Assembly: GCA_004431415.1 (NCBI GenBank)
Contig: QPMI01000701.1
Span: 3,474-67,473 of the forward strand
DNA from: Cyanophora paradoxa CCMP329
Lineage: Eukaryota; Plantae; Glaucophyta
Length of the DNA stretch: 64,000 nt
Direction: 5' to 3'
The notes below the pieces were generated by a model. It searched no databases and had not been told where the DNA came from. It saw only the letters and a list, made by a program, of their open reading frames with translations. A program made the position numbers and the translations under genes. Positions 46,242-56,930 of this stretch are shown in pieces. Each line of letters begins with the position of its first letter. Position 1 is the first letter of the stretch.

Positions 46242-48218
46242 TCATGTGTCGAACTCGCCGAGGGGCTCCGAGGCTGCCTCGATGGCGACGGTGCCCTCGA
46301 GCAGGGGCAGGTCCTCCTCCCCCTCGAAGTAGTACTCCGCGTACCCCGCCTCCGCCTCCGCCGCCGCCGCCGCCGCCTCCCCGCCCGCCGGAGTAACCGT
46401 CTCCGTCGGCGTGGTTTCGGTGGCAGGGGGGGTCTGGGCCGGAGGGGTAGTTTCGGGGGTGGTCTGGGTGGTGGGAGGGGTGGTGGTCTCGGGAGTCGTC
46501 GCGGGAGGGGTCTGGGAGGCGGGAGGGGCGTCGGAATCGCCGCTGCCGCTAGCGTCGGCGTCGGCCTCGTCGGTGTCGGCGTCGGGGGCGTTGGGGTCGG
46601 GGGTGAGGGCGCCGGTGGTGGCGTCGAAGGTGGATGTGATGTTCTCGTTGACCGCCTGGGGCACCACCTTGATGCCCTTGCCGTCCACGTTGTTCACGTA
46701 GCTGCGCGCGCGCGCCCAAGTCGGTCAGCGCGGGGCCGGGGAGGCGGGGCGGGGCGGGGCGGGGCGGGGCGGGCGTACTTGATGAGGTTGGTGGCGCAGG
46801 TGCCGGGGTTGGTGACGGTGGGCGTCTCGGCGCTGGCCGTCTTCTCGTCGAACTCGAGGCCCTGCACCTGGTACTCCTCCCACGACTTCTTCAGGTCCAT
46901 CAGGAAGTTGCTCGCCCCCGCGGGGGCTGGCGGGAAGGCGATGACGGTCGGCACGCCCATCGTGCCCGTGTAGCCGATGTCGTGGAAAAAGGCGCCGGCC
47001 TCGGTGCTGCCCTGCTCGTGCACGATGTTGATGTCGATGCGGGCGATGACGACCTTGTCGGCCGCCGTCTTCTGTAGGTCGCACGCCGCCTTGTCCATCT
47101 CGGGGCCGAACATGCGGCAGAACTTGCAGTTCGCCTCGTCGGTCACCACGACGAGCACCGTCTTGTCCTTGCCAATGAGCTCCCGCGCCTCGGCCCACTT
47201 CATGCTCTTCGCGCACTGCTCCCGCTCGATGATCGCCCCCGCCACGATCCCCGTGTCCGCCGACGTCGCGTCCTTCGCCGTCTCGTCCGCCGTCACCGTG
47301 TTGCCCTTCGGCAGCACCACGTTGCCCTCCGCGTCCACCGTCGGCTCCGCCGCCGTCTGCTCGGCCGGCTGCGTCGTCTGCTCGGCCGGCTGCGTCGTCT
47401 GCTCGGCCGGCTGCGTCGTCTGCTCGGCCGGCGGCGTCGTCTGCTCGGCCGGCGGCGTCGTCTGCTCGGCCGGCGGCGTCGTCTGCTCGGCCGGCGGCGT
47501 CTGCTCGTCGGCGAACGCGAGCTCGCCGTCATCGTCGACCATCGCGACGGCCTCGTCCAGCTGGCTCGCCCCCGACGCCGAGAACTTCTGCGCCCAGCGC
47601 ACGTCAGGGGGGCGAGTGGGGCGCCGGGGAAGGGCCCGGGCGCACGCTGCCGAGGCCTGCGACGAAGTTCGTGAACGCGTCCCCCGCGCTGCCGTCAGTA
47701 GTGCCTGTGTAGAAGACGTGCGTGCTCTTCGAGAAGCCGGTCTGGCCCTGCAGGTTCGGCGAGAACGCCACGATGGTCGGAGCCGACTCAATCTTCAGTT
47801 CGTTGATAATCTGCGGGCGTGCAGACGCTCAGCGCGACACGGCGGGTACCGCAGGCGCCCCCGGCAGGGCGCAATCGCACCGCCTGCAGCTCCGCAGCCT
47901 CCGCGTCCGTCCGGTCGGCGGTGATGTCGACAGGCACCTTGTAGAACTTTGTGCTGTCGCTGGCATACGAATTCGCAACACTGTTGTAGACGGGGTCGAA
48001 GCTTTGGCACTGCGCATCGGAGTCTTAGGAGCCGGCTCTTTAGTGGCGCGGCTGTCGAGCAGGACCGAGACGCACGAATCCGCAGTTATCCACGTCGCCA
48101 ATGTTGGCGATAATGGTATCCTGCGTTCCGTCGAAGATCTTCGCCTTCAGATCCGCCCACGAGATTGTCTGGGCCATCCTGCCCTTTGTGTGTGACGAGA
48201 TATAACTGCGACCCCCAT
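46242..48218 (-). CDS. Two-domain thioredoxin/PDI-like protein (CGFC and CKFC active sites) with T/P/E-rich linkers
   Basis: Domain 1 NCGF|CQSFDPVY..KFYKVPVD..IESAPTIVAF; domain 2 NCKFCRMFGPEMDKAA..VVIARIDI..MGVPTVIAFP; acidic tail. Start ATG at 48218 or 48177. Confidence 0.75.
47352..47508 (-). repeat. 21-bp coding tandem repeat x~7 (AEQTTPP/AEQTTQP)
   Basis: cgtcgtctgctcggccgg(c/ct) units visible directly. Confidence 0.9.
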
Positions 48219-48539
48219 CGTGAGCTTGGGCAACAGTGCAACGCGCGAGCGAGCCGCCCTGCTGGGAAAGTCGGCGGCGAACCTCGCTTCACGGAGACCT
48301 CGGAGCCGGAGAAACAGGCGAGGCTGGAGCGGCTTCTCAGATGACTGGCTTAGTCGCCGCTGGTGTGGACTGGCTCCGAAGCTTCTGCGAGGCCTGCTGG
48401 GTCTGCTGGGCGGGTCGAAGGCCGAACAGAATGAGCCTCCTTACACGTTTTTCGGCTCCTAGTATGGGCTCCTGGTACTTGCGTACCTACCTCTGTACCC
48501 CAGCAGGTGAGTGTTAAGCGGAAACACCGCGGAGCTACC

Positions 48540-49025
48540 GGTATAGCTAGCTATAGCGGCACTTAGCGCTAGGCTCCGCTAGCCCGCGGCCGCGGGCCGC
48601 GGACCATATGCGCGTGCATGGCGCGCGCATCATGGCATGAGTGCATGCGCATATGACTCGTGATGAGCAGGGCCTGCATGCGCATGAGCAGCTGCTGCAG
48701 GCGCGGCGGCCGCGGTGGCGTGGCGCGCGCTCGCGCGTACGCGTGCGACATATGCATGCAGCTGCAGCTGCAGCTCGAGCGCACGGCGCCGCGGCCAGCA
48801 GCGCGCTGGCGCAGCTAGCTCTGCAGCGCTAGCCGGCGCCCTAGCGCGCGCTGCCGGCCGCGCCGCGCCAGCCATGCTATGCACGTGCACGTACGTATAC
48901 GCGTACGCGTACGCGTACGTAAATACACGCGCACGCGCACGCGCACGTATGCAAAGCACCTCGAGCTCGAGCTCGAGCTCGAACTCCAGCTCCAGCGCTG
49001 CGAGTACTATATAGCTACTATATAT
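48540..49025. repeat. Low-complexity intergenic tract of self-complementary and alternating purine-pyrimidine hexamers
   Basis: Arrays of (tacgcg)n, (gcacgc)n, (tcgagc)n and (cagctg)n, plus many ATGCAT/GCATGC/GCTAGC sites. Confidence 0.7.
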
Positions 49026-49247
49026 TTGCTCTAAATTTAGCCGGGCACCCCTTCAGCTTGTTGGGCCCCGGCAATGGGCCGGCATGCGCATCATCATGAT
49101 ATCGATCAGCGGCAGGCTGCAGCCCAGCATGCCGGCCGCGGGCTCTAGCTCCTTGATCGAGTCGTCCGCTTCCGGCTAAAGATTCAATGGCTGTGGTCAT
49201 GGGTCGAATGCATGAGAAGATCTCTGAAATGCGAATGCGAACTAGAC

Positions 49248-49398
49248 TCTGCGTGAAGGCCCCCTGCGGCCACGGCCCGGCCTGCAGCTGCGCCGCGCGC
49301 GTCCAGAACAAGGCGTTCTTCGGCGATGCCGTCGCCAAGAAGGCCGCCCGCGCCGCCCCCTCCACCTCCTTCTCGGTCTTCGCCTCCGCCGAGAAGGT

Positions 49399-49402
<4 letters not shown>
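49248..49402 (+). pseudogene. Inverted near-identical copy of the transit-peptide exon of LCIB paralogue 2
   Basis: Matches the reverse complement of ~45445-45603 (CVKAPCGHGPAC..FFGDAVAKK..SAEK|gt) with about 4 substitutions; followed by a (CCG)11 run. Confidence 0.85.
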
Positions 49403-49438
<36 letters not shown>

Positions 49439-49604
49439 GTAAACAAGGACTCGATTCTAGTGGGTCGGAAGCGCCTCGCGGCGGCCGCGGGGTCCACGCC
49501 GCGCCCAGCGCAGCGCCAGTGCAGTTCCAGCTGCGAGCGCAGCTGGCTGATCGCGGCCGCCGATCGCGAGGAAGAGGAGAAGCGGGGGGCCGGGGGCCGG
49601 CGCC

Positions 49605-50533
49605 TCAGGAGCTCGAGGGGAGCTGGAGGAGCTGCGTGTCGGCGGGGTCAAGGGCAAGAGCCAGGAGGCGCGCGAGGGCCCCCGGGCCGGGGCCAGCCAC
49701 GTGGGACCAGCCGCGCCGCAGCCCGCCCCCTGCGCCCCCTGTCGCCCCCGGATGGAGCGCGACGGCGCGGCCGGGGCGCCGGCGGCCTGCAGGCTCCGCA
49801 CCGTGGACGGCGACGAGGGCGGCGTGGCGGCCGTCGCGCAGCCGCAGCAGCGCCGCCCAGCGCTCCCGCAGCGCCTCGCCCACCAGCTCCCCCGCCTCCG
49901 CCGACGCCAGAACCTCCTCCACCTCCTCTGCGCCGTACGCGTCCGAGGTCGCGGCGCGCTCGTGCACGTGCGAGCGTGGCGCGAATTTGTAGCTCGCGCG
50001 CGGCGAGACCAACCTGGCCCAAAGCGATGCGGCGGGCAGGGCGGGATTGCGACGGGAGCCGCTCCGTACCTGGGGGAGCGTTCGGCGAGCTTCGGAGAGC
50101 AAGTACGCGCCAGCTGCAGCCGCAACGTTAACCGCGGCGAAAGAGAGAGATTGCACCGTCTTACGACATCCGCCCACTCCTGATCCTCGAGCAGTTCGGA
50201 GGCGTCAACGACGCAACTAGCCGAGCTACCTACGAGGCGCTCCTCTTCCGCTCGGACAACGTACGCTGTCTTCGCGTTCCGTTCCGCGTTTGCCGTGACT
50301 GGGAAGCGCTTGGCAAGGATCGCATTCCAGGCCGAGGCGGCAGCGGCTCTCAAAGTGCGGCAAGCGGCCTCCGCGGCACACAGGGAGCGAGCGTCGAGAC
50401 GCTCAAGCACTGCGGGTGCGGTCACTCAGGGGAGCCTGAGCATCGAATTCGCAGCAGCAATGAAGCCGGGTGCACCTAGCCGTAGGAGATCATGCGGAAG
50501 GTCGAGGAAGTCCGGCGAAGCGCATTTTATCAT
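49605..50533 (-). CDS. F-box protein
   Basis: F-box MIKCASPDFLDLPHDLLRL|VLERLDARSLCAAEAACRTLR..AW..RFP. Confidence 0.7.
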
Positions 50534-50633
50534 CCTCGTTCCGATGCCCGTGCCCCGATGCGCAGCTGCCGCATCACTCGCTGGGGGTAGAGCTCGCCCG
50601 AAATCATGGACATACCCCTACACAGAGGCGAAA

Positions 50634-52892
50634 ATGTTCAGCTGCATCGTTCCCAGGCCGCCTGCGGCGTCGGCGCCGTTGTCGTTGCCGTCAAGCGCAA
50701 CATGCACGGCGCCGGTGGGCCTCAGAGTTAGACCGGCCCGCAGCGGAAAACATGGGACGCCGCAGCACAGCCTTAGGTTCATAGCTGGTGCTCCTGTAAG
50801 CGCGTCGGCATTGCTCCGCCCGGTCCGCGCCGTGCGTCGCCCGCCATGCGCCGCGGCGCCGCGGCGTGCAGAACCGGGCCCTATAGCCCAGGCACGCATC
50901 GTTTTGGTGCGCGGCGTCCGCGGACGAGCCGAAGGAAGCGTCTAGCTCCAGCGTGCGTGCCAGATCCCACGTCGTGCCAGGTCTCGTGTCGTGTCCAGGC
51001 CGCTCAACCAGGCCCGCACGTGCAGGCGGCGCCGGCGCGGGCCCCGGCGGCGCCCCCGACACGGTACGGGGCGGGGCGCAAGACACGGTACGATCAGGCG
51101 CGGGAGGCGAGCGGGCTCGACTCGGAGACGTTCGACCGCTACGAGGACGAGCTGAAAGACCCCGTGCGCGCGCATGCGCCCGGCCCGGGCCCCCGCCCGC
51201 CGCGCCGCCGGCCCTCGTGAGTGACCCGTCTCCTGCGCAGGTCATCTTCATCGAGGTGAGGCGCAGGCCCCGCGCCGGAGCGCGCCAGGAGCGGCGCGCC
51301 GCTGAGGGCGGGTTCGGGGGCGGCTCGGCAGTGGCTGGTCCCGCGGCCCGTGCGGCTGTTCCTGTACGCCGGCATCGGCGGCAACGCCCTCCTCGGCGCG
51401 GTGCGCGGCGGCCCACCGCGCCCCGTCGCTCGGGGGCGGGGCGCGAGGCGGGGGCTGGGGCGGGGCAGTTCATCCAGGGGACGGGGGTGCTGGCGCGCTC
51501 GTCGCGGGGCGAGGCGCTGGGGGAGGAGCTGCTGGCGAACCTGGGGCTGAACCTCGCGGGGGCGGCCGGCATGGCCGCCGCCTTCCTCCTCGACCGCTGG
51601 CTCGGCGAGCGCCGCCGCGCCCGCCGCGCCCGCATCCGCGAGATCCAGGCCCGCCCCCGCCCGCCCCCGCCCCGCCCGCCCCCCGTCTCACCCGCGCCTC
51701 CGCAGCGGCTACGAGCCGAGCGGGAGGGGGCGGGGCCGGCGGTGCGGGCGGCGCGGGCGGAGAAGGAGCGGGCGGGGGCGGCGGTGGTGGGCCCGGGGGG
51801 CCGGCGGCGGGGCGGCCAAGCGGGACGAGGCGGAGCGGATGCTGCGAAGGCTCTCTCGCATGGGGCCGGCGCGCCCTCCCGCCGTCCCCTGCGCCGCCCG
51901 CCCCTCCCCGGCTGAGGGGCGGGCAGGTGCCGATCGTGGGGAGGCGAAGGCGCGCGTGCTGCGGGAGCTCGTCGCGGCGCTGCCCCCGGCGCCCGCGTCG
52001 TCGAGGCCCGCACGCGCCCCGCCCGCCCCTCCCGCGCCCAACTGCGGCGCCGACTGCCCCGGCGGGGCGCGCGCAGGTGGGCACTTTCCTGGGCTACTCG
52101 GCGATCTCGATGGCGCAGGCGCTGCCCCGGGGGCGGAGGTCGTGACCTACGAGAAGGCGGGCGCCCTCGCGCGCCGCGGCGACGGGGGCGGGCTCTGAGG
52201 GCGGGGCGGGGGTGCAGGACGTGCGCTTCGGGCTGCCGGCGATGCGGTTCGTGCAGCAGGCGGGGATGGGCGGGCGCGTGGACGTCAAGCTCGGCGACGC
52301 CGTCTCCCGCATCCCCAGCGACGCCGCCGCCTGGCGCCGCAGGCCCGCGCCCCCCGCCCGCCCGCCCGCGCCCCGCGCCCCGCGCCCCGCGCCCGCGCCC
52401 GCGCCCCGGGCGCCGGCCTCTGCTGAGGGGGCGGCAGCGAGCGGGGGGCGGTGATCGACCTCCTCTTCCTGGACGGGGCCCCCGGGGCGCGCCCCGGCCC
52501 TCCCCCGGCCCCGCAGCCCTCCAGCTCTCACCCCCGGCAGGAGTACGAGGCGTACCTCGAGGCAGCGCGCCCCTACCTCCGCCCGGCCTCGGTGCGCCCC
52601 GTCCCGCAGGGGCCGGGGCGCGCGGGGGCCGGGGTGACGGGGGGCCCCGGGCGGGGGCCGGGGCCAGGTGGTGGTGGCGGACAACACGGGGATCTTCGGG
52701 GAGCAGCTGGCCGGCTACCTCGCCGCCGTCCGCGACCCGCCCGCTTCGCCTCCGAGGTCCCGCCCCGGCCCCCGCCCCCGCCCGCCCCGCGCCTCCGCCT
52801 GACGGGGCGGGCGGCCGGGGCAGTCGATCGAGGCGCCGCTCGCGAACTACCCCGACACGATCGACGCCATGGAGAAGAGCGTCCTCCTCTAG
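50634..52892 (+). CDS. Probable plastid protein: DUF3493/LPA1-like two-TM region fused to a catechol/CCoA-type O-methyltransferase
   Basis: MFSC.. transit-like start; RPVRLFLYAGIGGNALLG and LANLGLNLAGAAGMAAAFLLD TM pair. Methyltransferase motifs VPIVGEAKARVL, VGTFLGYSAI, VKLGDA, IDLLFLDG, EYEAYL, VVVADN, DAMEKS*. Confidence 0.7.
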
Positions 52893-53378
52893 ATCAAGGA
52901 CCCCTCCCCTTCCGATTGGTACTGTGTACTGTCGACGTCAACTGCCGCTGTGTAGAAGTACGTGTAGCCTAAATTATGGCAAGGCCAAATTGCAACACCT
53001 GGATTGGATCGAATTTCTAGGTCATCTAGATCTAGATCACAAGGGTAGAGCCGTGGCGTCCGTACGGATGGGAGCATGCGCAGCCGGCGCCGTGAAGGCT
53101 GAAGTCGATTTCGGAGCTAGTGCACATGCCACGGTGAAATCTTAATCGGATCTGCAGCCTGTGCAGGCCCGCCAGCGAAGGCTGCGACGCGCGTGGCGGG
53201 CGACGCTTGAGTTTCTCGGACGCGGGAGGGCGCTGGCGGGAACGATGACGTTGCCATCAGGAACAGCAATTCACAAACCGCTCTGACCTTGCGCGTGGAG
53301 CCCGGCTGATGCTCCGCTAGCTTGCTCCCCCGCTTCCCGCCTCCAGCGGCAGCGCGTCAGCAGCCGGCACGTCCAAGG

Positions 53379-55178
53379 ATGGTCCCATTCGATCTCCAGG
53401 CACCGCCCGTCACTTCCGTGGCGCGAAAGCGGACAGCCGGCGATCTCAGCGATCCCAGCGGCAGCGCGGGGCCCGGGACGCCGGCGAGCGAGGACGGCGC
53501 GCTCGGTTCGCTGCTGGAGGGCTTCGCCCTGCAGGTGGACGCGGCGTCGGCGAGCGTCGATGGCGGCGCCCCGCAGCCGCCGCAGACGTACGAGGAGGCG
53601 TGGGCCTACCTCAACAGCGAGGAGCACGGTCCGCGCGCCCGCCCCGACGCCCTCGCGCGGCGCGGCGTGCCCCGCCGACGCCCGCGGCAGCGGCTCTTGG
53701 CCTGCAGATCTCGGACATCCTCGCCGCCCTGCCCAAGTGGGCGTCCGAGGCCCGCGCCCGCTCCCTCGGCGCCCGGCGCCAGCGCGCCGCCGACGCTCGG
53801 GGCGCAGGTGGCGGCGGAGAGCGTGCTGGCGAGGCAGCGGCAGCGGCGCAAGAAGAAGAAGCAGCGCGGGCCGAGGCAGCCGCCCGAGGCCGCAGGCGGC
53901 GGGGGCGGGGGCGGGGCGCAGGAGGGGGCGGGGGCGGGGCGCGGGCCGTCGTTGATCTGGCGCACTTCGAGCCGGTGGGGAGGGGCGAGGCGGCGGGCGC
54001 GGTGCTGCCACTGCGGGGCGGAGGTTGCGCTGGAGGGGGGTCGACGTCGGGGGCGGGGCAGCACCTGGCGCGGGCGCACGGCCTCGAGCTCCCCAGCGCC
54101 GCCCGCCGCCGCGACGACGACGCCGCCCTCCTCGCCGCCGCCGCCCTCCGCCGCGCCTCCGCCCCCGCCCCGCCCGCCCCGGCCCCTCCCGCCCGGCCCA
54201 CGCCCCGCCACCCGCCCTTCGCCGGCTCCTCCCCCGCCCCCCGCGGGTCCCCTGGGCGACCTGGCGACGCTTGCGCTCGGGCCGGCCCGCCGCCCACTTC
54301 TTCCTGCCTCTGCTGCTGTCGCTTTCGCCCCGCCGCCTTCGCCCGCGACCTCGCCGGCCCGCCCCCGCCCGCCGGCCCGCGGGCGGCAGCGGCGCCCTTG
54401 CCCTCGCCCCGTCGGGCCTCCCCTGGGGGCGCCCCTGGGCCGTGCGCTCTGCAGAGCCGCCGCCGCGCCCGCCGTCTGCGCGCCCGGCGCCCCCGTCGCG
54501 GCCGCCACCTCAATCCAATCTCCGGCCACGCCAGCCGGAAGCCCGCCTTCGCCGTGCTCCCCGCCGGCGCCGCGCTCGCCGGCGGGGCGCCCTCGCCCGC
54601 CTCCCGCCCCGGGGGCGCAGGGTTGGCCCCCGCCTCTGCCCCCGGCCCTCACGCTTCCTCCAGCGCCCCCTCCTCCGGGGCAGGCCCACCCGCTGCCCTC
54701 CCCACAGCGCCCGCCCGCGCCCCGCCCCGCGCCCGGCGCATCCGGGCCGGCGGGGCCCGCGGCCGCGGGCGGGCCCTCTGGATGGTCGGTGGCGGGGAGG
54801 GAAGGGGCGGAGGCGGGGGAGCGGCAGCGGCGGGCGGCGCGGTCGTTTGTGTGGGGCTACTTCCGGCGGGAGCGGGCGGGGCCGGGGGGCAGGGAGGTCG
54901 CCCGCTGCACCCTCTGCCCCGACGCCGTCCTCTCCTTCTCCGGTGCCGCCCCCCATCCCCCATCCCCCCATCCCCCCCCCCCCCCCCCCCCGGGAGCCGA
55001 CGTGCAGCCCCGGCAGGGTCGACGTCGAGCCTCTCCTACCACTCCGCCACCAGCACGGCGTCCAAGGCCCCTCGAGCTCCCGCCCCGCCCCGCCCCCGGC
55101 CCCGCCCCCGGCCCCGCCAGCGCCCCCAGCTTCAGCCCCGGCCCCCGTTACCGCCCCCGTCCTCGCCCTGTCATTTAG
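53379..55178 (+). CDS. Protein with two BED zinc fingers (apparent frameshifts)
   Basis: SLIW(A)HFE..ARCCHCGAEV..STS...HLARAH and RSFVWGYFRR..ARCTLCPDAVLSFSG|STSSLSYH; basic NLS RRKKKKQR. Confidence 0.7.
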   Translation: MVPFDLQAPPVTSVARKRTAGDLSDPSGSAGPGTPASEDGALGSLLEGFALQVDAASASVDGGAPQPPQTYEEAWAYLNSEEHGPRARPDALARRGVPRRRPRQRLLACRSRTSSPPCPSGRPRPAPAPSAPGASAPPTLGAQVAAESVLARQRQRRKKKKQRGPRQPPEAAGGGGGGGAQEGAGAGRGPSLIWRTSSRWGGARRRARCCHCGAEVALEGGRRRGRGSTWRGRTASSSPAPPAAATTTPPSSPPPPSAAPPPPPRPPRPLPPGPRPATRPSPAPPPPPAGPLGDLATLALGPARRPLLPASAAVAFAPPPSPATSPARPRPPARGRQRRPCPRPVGPPLGAPLGRALCRAAAAPAVCAPGAPVAAATSIQSPATPAGSPPSPCSPPAPRSPAGRPRPPPAPGAQGWPPPLPPALTLPPAPPPPGQAHPLPSPQRPPAPRPAPGASGPAGPAAAGGPSGWSVAGREGAEAGERQRRAARSFVWGYFRRERAGPGGREVARCTLCPDAVLSFSGAAPHPPSPHPPPPPPPGADVQPRQGRRRASPTTPPPARRPRPLELPPRPAPGPAPGPASAPSFSPGPRYRPRPRPVI

Positions 55179-55936
55179 TCATTGACCATGGCACCGTACG
55201 CTTGGCACCCGTTGACCGGGACCCTGCAGCTGGTGTAAGGAATTCGAACTCAGGAACTGATTTGAAAAACTTTTTTGGGGTTCAACGGTTATGCGCACTG
55301 CGGCATGCGTGATCATGACCGTCGGACAATTCAAGTGGCTTCATGATCAAGGCTTGGGGCCGGGCACCACTGGACGAAGTTGGAGCGCTGGCACTGCCGC
55401 AGTGCGCATGCGGCACTGCAGCAGTACTCGTGCGCCCAAGACTCTCACTGAGTCAGGCTCTCAGAGTCTGCTGCTGAGACCGTCGGACTCTGAGACTCTG
55501 AGTTTTCAAGTTTCACGAGTCCGACCGTAGGACGGTCATGATCACTGAGTCATGCCATGATGGCTTATATATGAGGGCCATCAATGGGCCAAACGCGAAA
55601 AGTCAACTCCGAGAGCTCGAGACTCGGAAGTGACGCTTGGATTGCGGAGGTTCTTATAACCGCCGCAACAGCTGTGGGGGTACCCCTTCCGAGGCTGGCG
55701 ATCGCGGCGATCACGAGCCGATCGCGACCCTGGCGATCGCGATTTTCTCCCGATCGCGACCCTTTTCGATCGCGATTTCGAGATCGGGGGCATTTCTGCG
55801 ATCGCGAGAAAGGAAAAATCGGAAAAGGCCGAAAAGTGCGTTTTTCACGCGTGAAATCGACCCAAAACGAGGGTTCGAATCCCGGGGCCGGATTTGGACT
55901 TGGGTAAAATCTCGAGTCAAAATGGGAGAAAAATGC

Positions 55937-56008
55937 GACTTGGGACTTGGGACTTGGGACTTGGGACTTGGGACTTGGGACTTGGGACTTGGGACTTGGG
56001 ACTTGGGA
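55937..56008 (+). repeat. (GGGACTT)10 tandem array; a shorter copy lies at 58029-58053
   Basis: Perfect heptamer array visible directly. Confidence 0.95.
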
Positions 56009-56065
56009 AGAGTCGGAGTCAGAGTCTGGACTCAAAAGCGGGGAAATTTTCGGAAGGGGAGAAAA

Positions 56066-56484
56066 ATGGCAGACGAGCCCTATTACGATTTCCCCTTTGA
56101 GTTGAATATGGCATTCGAGAGGTTGCGCGAGTTCTGGCGTTGGCACATCACAGGACATGACATCCCCGGAATAAGACCAGTGCCCAACACACAGGGCGTC
56201 CTCGAAATTGTCCGTCAATATCCGCGTCGATTCAATGAATGGATTGAGTTCCACGCGACGAACCGTTTCCAAAGTCTCCCGAGGCCATACGCGAAAATTT
56301 CGTGAGGCTGGTGGGGCCAGGCTACGACAACCCTAACAATCATCGACACGTACCACATGAAGACAGGGCTATTGTTCGACGGGGACGGCGCATGAGACAT
56401 CGCAGGGAGGCACGGGACGAGCGGACAGCCCTTCGCACCGGGGTAGGGCTCATCGAGAGGGAGGGGTACAGCCCCGGGATGTAG
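56066..56484 (+). CDS. Orphan ORF A of the insertion (one apparent frameshift near 56295)
   Basis: MADEPYYDFPFELNMAFERLREFWRWH... continues in another frame as VRLVGPGYDNPNNHRH...EGYSPGM*. Confidence 0.45.
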
Positions 56485-56930
56485 GGTACACCCAACCCCG
56501 AGACTCGACCTTCGGCGGACGCACTCGGGCGATTTCCGTCAGGCCGGCTCAGCGGGGTAGGGGGGCTTCGGTCCAACTTTTTTGCGGTCCAGTTTGCAGC
56601 AAAACAGGGGGGAGAAGGGACGTTTTCCGTGAGATTTCCTTCGGCCCAACATTTTTTTAGGTCCAGTTTGCAGCGAAGGAAGGGGGGAGAAACGTAAGAA
56701 AAGGCCAAATTTGGCTTTTTTCAGGCCAGTTCGCAACGTTTCTGCTGCAAACTAGCCCAGGAAAAAATTCGCCCACAAAACCGCGGTCCGCCGCCATTTT
56801 GGCTCACTCTTACAACGGGTTCGCCGCCTTCTCTCAGCCCAAGCAAACTCTGCCTCTCCGAATTTTCACAAGTCCGCTCTCTCAGTCACCTCACGTTTTG
56901 CCTTTGCTGATCTCTTTTCCCTTTGCGCAG

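Noticed and set aside
55697-55807. GCGATCGC (cyanobacterial HIP1) cluster as evidence of plastid- or cyanobacterium-derived DNA
   Set aside because: The adjacent ORFs show no recognisable cyanobacterial genes, and similar CGATCGCG clusters occur in host spacers (16192-16232), so it is not diagnostic.
55937-56008. (GGGACTT)n as a true telomere
   Set aside because: The array is internal, only ~70 bp and flanked by genes; kept only as a feature of the insertion.
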